From Candidatus Latescibacterota bacterium (lineage in GTDB: Bacteria; Latescibacterota; UBA2968; UBA8231), in contig CBDCDC010000002.1 of the NCBI GenBank assembly GCA_965215195.1, forward strand, positions 3,840,001 to 3,904,000: a stretch of 64,000 bases of DNA. The letters run 5' to 3'. The translations under genes were made by a program, and so were the position numbers. A model generated the notes under the pieces. That model was not told the origin of the DNA. It made no database searches and worked only from the letters and a program-made list of their open reading frames with translations. Shown here piece by piece: positions 28,552 to 35,923 of the stretch; the first letter of the stretch is position 1, and every line of letters starts with the position of its first letter.

Positions 28552-30301
28552 TGCATATAAACACATAAACACAGAAGATATCAGACGCCAACTCGATTTG
28601 GGGGAGGATAGCTACTGGGAGTTCAAGCAGGTCGAGTTCCGCGCCGATCGTCCGACTGCACCCAAACGAGACGATTTGGCAGATGAAATAGCGGCTTTTG
28701 CCAATACTGGCGGCGGTGTGCTGCTCTGTGGTGTCTCTGATGACGGTGCAGTACAGGGCATGTCGCGAGAACAAATGAACGCTTTGGAACGCATGGTCGT
28801 CGAGTTGTGTGCCCACTCGATCAAGCCGGCGCTCTTCGACGTAGCCATTACGCGCCACGAACTCGACGACAAAGCACTGTTGGTCGTCTCAGTAGCCAAA
28901 GGCACCGCCCAGCACGACAGTCCGGGTGGCAGCTTCCGGCGCGTCGGTAGTTCCAAACGACAGATGGCCAGCGCTGAGCGCATGCGCTTGGCTCAACAGC
29001 GCGGCCAAGCGCGTTATCGCTGGTTCGACGAGCAGCCCGTGCCGGATACCGGGTTCCGCACACTGGACGAAACACTTTGGAAACCGCTGCTCAGCGTGGG
29101 CGGGCGGGCCGATCCCGAAATGGCACTGGAAAAACTCGCCCTGTTGGGCAGGGATGAGGACGGTGCAATGCGAGCCACGGTGGCGGGGATTCTCCTGTGT
29201 ACCCACGCGCCTGAGGAGTGGCTTCCCAACGCTTGCATTACCGCGACCCACTATCGCGGTGCGGATCGGGCCTCCGGCCAATTCGATGCGCGGATCATCA
29301 CGGGTCCGATCAACCAACAGGTGGCGGACGCAATGGCCTTTGTGATGCGCAACATGCGCTTCGGGGCGTACAAGAAACCTGCCCGCCTAGACCTTCCGCA
29401 GTACAGTGCCGAAGCGCTTTTCGAGGCGTTGGTGAATGCCGTCGCCCATCGGGACTATTCGATCCGCGGCAGCCGGATTCGAGTGTCCATGTTTGCCGGC
29501 CGCCTAGAAATCAATTCGCCGGGTGGGCTGGCCAACAACCTCACCATTGACAGCATGGCAGCTCGGCAAGCGACGCGCAACGAAACCATCGCATCCGCGC
29601 TCGGACGAATGCCCGTTGGCGACATTCCCGGGTCTGAAAAGCGTCAATTCTTCATGGAGCGTCGCGGCGATGGTGTTCCCATTATCCTGCGCGAGACCGA
29701 GGCGTTGAGCGGGAACCCTCCTACGTATTGGCTGCTTGATGAGTCAGACCTCTTCCTGACGCTGCCCGCCGCGGCCACGAATGCCACGCCAGCCACTGTC
29801 GCGGTGACGGTGCGTCGAGATGGTCGCCCGCTCGCGGGTGCCGATTTGCTGGGGCTATTTCCCGACAACACTTGGCAACGAGCCACGACAGACGAGAACG
29901 GAGAAGCGGCGATGGACTTGTACGCGACGAACCTGCCCATGACTGTGTTCGTCGCCGCCAAGGGCTTTGCCGCACACCTTAAACGCGGGTGGGTCCCGGC
30001 GGATGGTGCGCTGGCCGTGGAACTCAAAGCCCTTTCCGGCGGCGGCGCAGTGATTTTTCCCGAGGCAACCGGTGCCATTCCGGGGCTCAAGGGGCAGCTC
30101 AATCCCATTCGCGGCCCCCATGACCGAACCTACCTCTATGCCTCGAACATCACCATCAACCACGGCGAGCACCAACCCGTTCACTTTTCTTTTGGTGAAG
30201 ACTTGCGGCTGATGGATGCCAATGGGGTCGAAATGTGGGGGCGCATCGTTCATATCGCAGGCAGATCATCACTGGTGGAGTATCGCGCAATAGAGCCGTG
30301 A
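28538..30301 (+). CDS. Schlafen/AlbA_2 domain + RecG-C-like (HATPase_c_4) protein with atypical β-rich C-terminus
   Basis: 'GEDSYWEFK', '[21 protein letters not shown]'; '[13 protein letters not shown]...LEINSPGGL', 'MERRGDGV'; TTG start overlapping hsdM. Confidence 0.8.
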   Translation: MAKDDAYKHINTEDIRRQLDLGEDSYWEFKQVEFRADRPTAPKRDDLADEIAAFANTGGGVLLCGVSDDGAVQGMSREQMNALERMVVELCAHSIKPALFDVAITRHELDDKALLVVSVAKGTAQHDSPGGSFRRVGSSKRQMASAERMRLAQQRGQARYRWFDEQPVPDTGFRTLDETLWKPLLSVGGRADPEMALEKLALLGRDEDGAMRATVAGILLCTHAPEEWLPNACITATHYRGADRASGQFDARIITGPINQQVADAMAFVMRNMRFGAYKKPARLDLPQYSAEALFEALVNAVAHRDYSIRGSRIRVSMFAGRLEINSPGGLANNLTIDSMAARQATRNETIASALGRMPVGDIPGSEKRQFFMERRGDGVPIILRETEALSGNPPTYWLLDESDLFLTLPAAATNATPATVAVTVRRDGRPLAGADLLGLFPDNTWQRATTDENGEAAMDLYATNLPMTVFVAAKGFAAHLKRGWVPADGALAVELKALSGGGAVIFPEATGAIPGLKGQLNPIRGPHDRTYLYASNITINHGEHQPVHFSFGEDLRLMDANGVEMWGRIVHIAGRSSLVEYRAIEP

Positions 30302-30355
30302 AGCCAACGGCGCACAAATTGCCTTCGCTTGGATGGAGCGCATCGGCTGGCAGGC

Positions 30356-30389
30356 TTGACATCACTTAATAAGTAATTACTATAATTAC
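30356..30389 (+). promoter_or_regulatory. mazEF promoter with palindromic operator
   Basis: TTGACA at 30356; TACTAT/TATAAT at 30378-30386; inverted repeat GTAATTA-cta-TAATTAC at 30373-30389. Confidence 0.65.
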
Positions 30390-30419
30390 AATTATTCTTT
30401 TCAGGAGAAGCTCCAAGCA

Positions 30420-30662
30420 ATGGCAACCAGAGATGTCAAGCTAATCTCCATCGGCAACTCTAAGGGCATTCGTCTTCCCAAGGTCCTGTTGCAGAAATAC
30501 GGCTGGGGAGATTCCCTTGTCCTCGAAGAAACCGAAGAAGGAATTTTTCTGTACAGCAACGAAAAGAACAAGCTCTCTTGGCAAGAGACCTACCACGCCA
30601 TGGCGGCTGACCGCGAAGACTGGAGCGATCTCGACACTACGGTAGCTGACGGTCTCGATTGA
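30420..30662 (+). CDS. mazE: AbrB/MazE family antitoxin
   Basis: 'VKLISIGNSKGIRLPKVLL' AbrB signature; CAGGAG RBS. Confidence 0.88.
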   Translation: MATRDVKLISIGNSKGIRLPKVLLQKYGWGDSLVLEETEEGIFLYSNEKNKLSWQETYHAMAADREDWSDLDTTVADGLD

Positions 30663-30668
30663 TGATTG

Positions 30669-31001
30669 ATGGCGGCTTTTCCGAGGCGATACGCCATCTA
30701 CTTTGCCGATCTCAATCCCACTGTGGGGGGAGAAATCCGCAAGGTGCGTCCGGTGGTTGTGGTCAGTCAGAATGAGATGAATCAGTTTGTCGACACGGTC
30801 GTCGTCTGCCCTCTCACCTCCGCGTTGCATCCTCAGTGGCGTAGCCGGCTGCAAATCCAATGTGCGGGCAAGAAAGCTGAAATTGCCGTGGACCAGATTC
30901 GCACCATCAGCAAACAGCGGCTGAGGGACCAGATCGACAAATTGTCTGCCGAGGCAGCGGCCCAACTCCGTCGCCTTATTACGGAGATGTACGGAGAATA
31001 G
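30669..31001 (+). CDS. mazF: PemK/MazF family toxin
   Basis: 'ADLNPTVGGEIRKVRPVVVVS', 'VVCPLTS', 'DQIRTISKQRL'. Confidence 0.92.
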   Translation: MAAFPRRYAIYFADLNPTVGGEIRKVRPVVVVSQNEMNQFVDTVVVCPLTSALHPQWRSRLQIQCAGKKAEIAVDQIRTISKQRLRDQIDKLSAEAAAQLRRLITEMYGE

Positions 31002-31044
31002 CGATCTAATCAAGTGTAGAGGAAAAGTGAATCGGCAGTGAAAC

Positions 31045-31269
31045 ATGAACATTAACACTGAATTCCTCACTCGCTGCATCCGCACTTTAGAGATGGCGTT
31101 GGAGCAGTTGCAACAGTACGATGTGGACGATATCTCCTACGACATCCGCAACGACACGGCGCACCAATACGGCGAGGGCTTCGCCGAGACGACGCTCAAG
31201 CTGCTGCCCCGCTTCATAGCCGACGCCAAGGAATTAGCTCGGGTCATAACGGAGGGATCGCATGCCTGA
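31045..31269 (+). pseudogene. HEPN (HI0074-like nucleotidyltransferase substrate-binding) toxin with apparent in-frame internal deletion
   Basis: N-terminal helix 'FLTRCIRTLE' joined directly to the RX4HXY motif 'RNDTAHQY'; only 74 aa, lacking the family's central 'KEFE...' helices. Confidence 0.7.
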
Positions 31270-32992
31270 GCGTCTGGACTTGCCGCGCCGCTACCGGGAT
31301 CAGATCGAGGCCCTGCTACACGAGCACGTGCCCGGCGTGGAGGTGTGGGCTTACGGCAGCCGCGTCAGTGGCAGAAGCCACGAGGGCAGTGACTTGGACT
31401 TGGTGCTCAGAGGGCCGAGCCTGAAGCGGATACCGAGCGGCCAACTGGCGGATCTGATTGAGGCGTTGGAGGAGTCGAACGGCCCTATCCTTGTGCAGAC
31501 GCACGATTGGGCAAGGTTGCCGGAGCGCTCTCATTGGGAGATTGAGCGGGAGTATGTGGTGTTACAAGAGCAAGCGACGAATGAGCGCGATATTGAGGAT
31601 GGATGGCTAACCACGACCATCGGCGACTGCGCTGTACTCGTCCGCCAGATGGTTGCGCCATCGGCAGTAGGCGATGCCCCCTACATCGGTCTTGAACATA
31701 TCGGAGAGAACACTCTTCATCTTACAGACAATGGCGTAGCAAGCGATGTTGCCAGTACAAAAGCACAATTCCAACGCGGCGACATTCTTTTCGGAAAGTT
31801 GCGCCCATATTTTCGCAAGGTTGTTAGAGCACCTTTTGATGGCATTTGCTCCACAGACATTTGGGTTGTCCGCGCTCAAAAGAGTGTAGAGCAAGGATTT
31901 CTCTACTATTGCATGGCAAATCAGCCGTTTGTTGAGTTTGCGACATCTGGCTCCGAAGGCACTCGAATGCCGCGAGCAAATTGGGAGTATGTATCGCAAT
32001 ACGAAATCCCCCTCCCACCTCTTCCCGAACAACGCGCCATCGCCCACATCCTCGGCACTCTCGACGACAAGATCGAACTCAACCGGCGCATGAATGAGAC
32101 GCTGGAGGAGATGGCGCGGGCGCTGTTCAAGTCGTGGTTCGTGGATTTTGAGCCGGTTCGCGCCAAAGCCGCACTCAAGCACCCCCAGAGCACCCCCAGA
32201 GGGGGGAGTGATGGGAGTGTGGAGCGGGAAGGTATTGATGCGGCGACTGCCCAAGGGGGGCGGGATTGGACGGTGGAACGCGCCCGTGCGTATCTCGACG
32301 AGATGGATCCGAGCATTGCGGCGTTGTTTCCCGATCATTTTGTCGATTCGGAATTGGGGGAAGTGCCGGCAGGGTGGGGAGTTGGATGCTTTGGGGATAT
32401 AGTTGATCAGGTCCGCGATAAGGAAAACCCGCTCGCTTCTCCAGATACCGTCTTCCGCCATTTCAGTATTCCGGCCTTCGATAAAGACCAATGGCCACAG
32501 ACAGAGCATGGCGAAAATATCAAAAGTCAGAAATCGCGTGTACCGCCGGGAGTTATTTTGTTATCGAAGCTTAATCCAGAGATTGAGCGCGTCTGGTTCG
32601 TGGACGTGGCGTCTGATGAGAGGGCGATATGCTCAACCGAGTTCTTGGTTCTTCAAGCTCGACTGCCGTTCCAACGGAGCTACGTCTACTGCCTCGCACG
32701 CTCCCCGCTCTTCCGCCAGCAGATCGAATCTTTCGTGACAGGCACGTCGAAGAGTCACCAAAGGGCGCAGGTAGGAGCCGTTCTCGCCCTAGGAGCAACA
32801 ATACCATCGGCACCAGTCATTCACGCGTTTGACCAGCAAGCCTCGGCACTCTTGGACAGGAGTGTTGACTGCCGTAGAGAGACCACCAGCCTCGCCGCCC
32901 TGCGCGACACACTGCTGCCCAAGCTGGTGTCGGGCGAAATACGAGTGAACACGCGAGACGAAGAGAGCGAAGCGATAGGAAAGCACCAATGA
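31262..32992 (+). CDS. hsdS: Type I R-M specificity subunit with N-terminal MNT (minimal nucleotidyltransferase) domain
   Basis: aa 1-~103: 'VWAYGSRVSGRSHEGSDLDLV' (GSx10DxD). Then TRD1, conserved 'PPLPEQRAIAHILGTLDDKIELNRRMNETLEEMARALFKSWFVDF', TRD2 and 'LRDTLLPKLVSGE'. Confidence 0.92.
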   Translation: MPERLDLPRRYRDQIEALLHEHVPGVEVWAYGSRVSGRSHEGSDLDLVLRGPSLKRIPSGQLADLIEALEESNGPILVQTHDWARLPERSHWEIEREYVVLQEQATNERDIEDGWLTTTIGDCAVLVRQMVAPSAVGDAPYIGLEHIGENTLHLTDNGVASDVASTKAQFQRGDILFGKLRPYFRKVVRAPFDGICSTDIWVVRAQKSVEQGFLYYCMANQPFVEFATSGSEGTRMPRANWEYVSQYEIPLPPLPEQRAIAHILGTLDDKIELNRRMNETLEEMARALFKSWFVDFEPVRAKAALKHPQSTPRGGSDGSVEREGIDAATAQGGRDWTVERARAYLDEMDPSIAALFPDHFVDSELGEVPAGWGVGCFGDIVDQVRDKENPLASPDTVFRHFSIPAFDKDQWPQTEHGENIKSQKSRVPPGVILLSKLNPEIERVWFVDVASDERAICSTEFLVLQARLPFQRSYVYCLARSPLFRQQIESFVTGTSKSHQRAQVGAVLALGATIPSAPVIHAFDQQASALLDRSVDCRRETTSLAALRDTLLPKLVSGEIRVNTRDEESEAIGKHQ

Positions 32993-33915
32993 AATTTTCG
33001 CAAAGATGGTGGGTGGTCGTTGCCTTACTACTTGCGTTCGCAGTGACGGTGAGTTTTCTCTCCGCGCAAACAGAGGAACCTTCCGCTGTCGATGCCCCCA
33101 GCAGTGCAGAAGTCCAATTGAGTAGCGACGAACCCGAACAAAAGCAACCAGCGCTTGCATCGACTAGAGACACAGCCCCCGCCGCCGCTGTCGAGACTGA
33201 CCGCCGTTTCAACGAACTTCGGCGCGAGCTTCTCGACGACCGAGCGAAAATGATCGATAGGTGGCTTGAAGCGACAGCTATCTTCCTTACGTTGCTTGGC
33301 GTTGCTGCTGCAATTCTCGGCTATTTCGGTTTCAAAAGGCTCGATAGAATTGAGAGCGAAGCGCGTGAGAATATGGAAGCGTCTGAGAAACATGCGCAGG
33401 AAGCTCAACGCTATGAGGAGGAAACCCAACGCGATCTTGAAAAGGTCAAGGAGGAAGCCCGACGCTATGTTGAAGAGATCAAGACAATTCGTGACAAAAC
33501 CGAAATAGACCGGGCGTTCTCCGAGGCCATCCTGCTTCAGCAGCAAAACAGGATTGAGGAGGCCATTGAAAAATGGCGTTCTATCGCCAACATCACAGAA
33601 GGAACCGACGACGAGCGTGCGGCTGAAGCATGGTTTAACATCGGCTTCCTCACGTCTCCTAGGAATGTGAAGGGAGAGAATTTTGCAGGAGCAATTGCTG
33701 CCTATGACAAGGCGATTGAGTTAAACCTGAGTGGGCCGAATTTGCATTGGGCGTACTACAATCGAGGAAATGCAAAAACCAGTCTTGGACAAATCGAAGA
33801 GGCCATCGCCGACTACGGTGAAGCACTCAATTTAGCCCGATCAGTTGGCAACGCAGATTTGATGGAACGAGCAAGGCGTAACCTCGACAGTCTCGACAGG
33901 AGCGACTCTCTATGA
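32989..33915 (+). CDS. Membrane-anchored coiled-coil TPR protein
   Basis: N-terminal hydrophobic segment, second TM 'AIFLTLLGVAAAILGYFGF', charged coiled coil, TPRs 'AIAAYDKAIEL', 'AYYNRGNAK..LGQIEEAIADY'. Confidence 0.8.
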   Translation: MKFSQRWWVVVALLLAFAVTVSFLSAQTEEPSAVDAPSSAEVQLSSDEPEQKQPALASTRDTAPAAAVETDRRFNELRRELLDDRAKMIDRWLEATAIFLTLLGVAAAILGYFGFKRLDRIESEARENMEASEKHAQEAQRYEEETQRDLEKVKEEARRYVEEIKTIRDKTEIDRAFSEAILLQQQNRIEEAIEKWRSIANITEGTDDERAAEAWFNIGFLTSPRNVKGENFAGAIAAYDKAIELNLSGPNLHWAYYNRGNAKTSLGQIEEAIADYGEALNLARSVGNADLMERARRNLDSLDRSDSL

Positions 33916-33941
33916 CCACCATCACCGAAGCCGAGGTTCAA
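33912..33941 (+). pseudogene. Relic 5' end of an hsdR allele (MTTITEAEV)
   Basis: atgaccaccatcaccgaagccgaggttcaa vs live hsdR start atgaccaccctcaccgaagctgtcgtcgaa (35924); ATGA-coupled to the TPR stop. Confidence 0.7.
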
Positions 33942-34060
33942 CCGCTGCTTTTCATCTTTTAGGAGAGACCGCGTTGAGTCGTCCCTACGATCTAGACCGC
34001 CGCGAATCTGACTGTGAGCCCCTACGTGAAAAATGCTAAAAAGATGGCGGAGGCCATTGC

Positions 34061-34561
34061 ATGACCGACGCATTGCTGACAGTCCCCGACCAGAAATAAG
34101 CACTGTCCCTTGTCTATGCACAGGCAGTGGCGGCGCGTGCCGGTTATGTCACTGAAGTTCCCAACATGGATCGAGACAGCATTGATCTGTGCATCCGCGC
34201 CGGTGGTAGGATGCGGCCCTTGCTCGATTTGCAGTTGAAAGCTACCGTCAACTTGGAACGGCCTCTTGACGGATTCCTGCACTTCCCACTGGGCATCAAA
34301 AATTACAATGACCTGCGTATTGAAGCCCAGATCCTTCGGCTGCTCGTGGTGCTTGACTTGCCGCAAGACGAACAACGATGGATGACGATCACCCAAGATG
34401 AACTCATACTGAGACATCGGGCCTATTGGCTTAATCTGCGAGGATACGAAGAAACCGCTAACCAGTCGTCTGTTACCGTCCGCATCCCTGAAGAGAATCT
34501 GTTCAACGTCGAAGGTTTGCGTACGCTAATGGAACAATCAAGAAAAGGAGGGAACCGATGA
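34061..34561 (+). pseudogene. DUF4365 PD-(D/E)XK-like protein with nonsense codon at codon 13
   Basis: GGAGG RBS, then MTDALLTVPDQK*ALSLVYAQAVAARAGY (TAA 34097-34099); 'DRDSIDL', 'LDLQLKAT', 'KNYNDLR', 'AYWLNL'. Confidence 0.75.
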
Positions 34562-35700
34562 AAGTTAGTATCCAAGACAAGAAAGCCTTGCTTGCGGTTT
34601 CTCCTGCGGCGTTGTCTGCGTACGCTCGCACGGCCGGCTGGACCAAGGTCGATACCTACGGCAAGCATTCTGATGTATTTATGGGCGAGGGGCTGCCCGA
34701 GATCATTCTGCCGCGAACTGCACACTTGGGTGATTACGCCAGAGTCGTCTCGATGGTCGTTGAAATTTTCGCCAAGGTTGCCGACGTTGACGAACTTGCC
34801 CTCTATCGCGACTTGGCGATGGCTGACCGCGACGTGGTCCGCGTCCAAGCCGTTGATGGCGACGACAGCGGCAGCGTGGCAGTGAACGATGGGATCGATC
34901 TCCTGAGTGGCGCACGCGACATGATCCTCGCTGCCGCCTGCTCGCTCCAAGGGCCACAGCCCCTCTATCGTGCGGGTGCCAACCGAGAGGCTAGGGCCTA
35001 CCTGAACCGGGTTCGCTTGGGGCAGACCGAACAGGGTAGCTTCGCCATTACGCTGTTGAGTCCGGTTATTGCTCCCCCGATACAACAGCCGCTCTTTTCG
35101 GCGCTGGAATACGGCGATGACCCGATTGAGCGGCAGGTAACAAGGCGTCTGGCGGACGCGCTGGCAGCTACCTGCGAGGCGACCGAAAAAACGGTTGGCG
35201 GAGACGCTGGCGCTTTCTCGGAAGCCGTAGCGCATGGAGTGAGTGCCAATTTGTGCGAGGCACTCGTCAAGCTGATCGAGCCGTTCTCGATACTGGACAT
35301 CAGTCTGGTTTGGGCGCGCACACACCCGATGAGTACAGCCCGGAATGTCGTTCGCTTCGCCTCGCACGATGCTCCGATCCTGCGCGAGGCCGCGCGGTCA
35401 TTTCGCGACCGCGAACCACGACCGGATATGTGTCTGTTTGGCGTCGTGCAGAGGCTGAAACGCGACGAGACGGATACGAAAGGAACTATTGCCCTGCGGG
35501 CATCCATTGACGGGCAAAACCAAGTAGTTGTGGCCGTTCTAAAACAGTCCGATTACGAGCGAGCCATACAGGCTCACGAGACTAAGTCGCCGCTCGTCAT
35601 GGAGGGCGATCTCGAGCGAACCGGCCAACGCTGGCGATTGCTGAACCCGCGCATCGCAGATGTCATTCTGAATGAGGATGCGTCGGACGAGGACGAATAG
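34558..35700 (+). CDS. Hypothetical protein coupled to the DUF4365 gene
   Basis: 380 aa ORF with ATGA overlap; 'GQTEQGSFAITL', 'GVSANLCEAL', β-rich C-terminus. Confidence 0.8.
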   Translation: MKVSIQDKKALLAVSPAALSAYARTAGWTKVDTYGKHSDVFMGEGLPEIILPRTAHLGDYARVVSMVVEIFAKVADVDELALYRDLAMADRDVVRVQAVDGDDSGSVAVNDGIDLLSGARDMILAAACSLQGPQPLYRAGANREARAYLNRVRLGQTEQGSFAITLLSPVIAPPIQQPLFSALEYGDDPIERQVTRRLADALAATCEATEKTVGGDAGAFSEAVAHGVSANLCEALVKLIEPFSILDISLVWARTHPMSTARNVVRFASHDAPILREAARSFRDREPRPDMCLFGVVQRLKRDETDTKGTIALRASIDGQNQVVVAVLKQSDYERAIQAHETKSPLVMEGDLERTGQRWRLLNPRIADVILNEDASDEDE

Positions 35701-35747
35701 CCCATGTCTTGGGAAGGGTTGTATCATTACTCATAGGAGGTGTAGGA

Positions 35748-35855
35748 ATGGCAAACTGGGCGCAGTGCTCCGCAGTCAAACGCGACCCTAGTAAGCTCAG
35801 CGGGGCTTGGGTATTTCGCGGGACACGAGTGCCGGTATCGGCTCTATTCGAGTAA
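35748..35855 (+). pseudogene. Truncated DUF433 antitoxin-like gene
   Basis: AGGAGG upstream; [35 protein letters not shown] stops about half-way through a DUF433 domain. Confidence 0.75.
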
Positions 35856-35923
35856 CGCAGGCGGTCATGCGCGTATCTGCATCGACGCCGGACAAGCCGC
35901 CGCAAACCCCCACGGAAAGTCCC

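Noticed and set aside
26842-28572. Long antisense ORFs (also 48390-49847, 46768-48054, 45381-46817, 60219-61520)
   Set aside because: They are shadows of well-supported genes on the opposite strand in GC-rich DNA, with no recognisable motifs.
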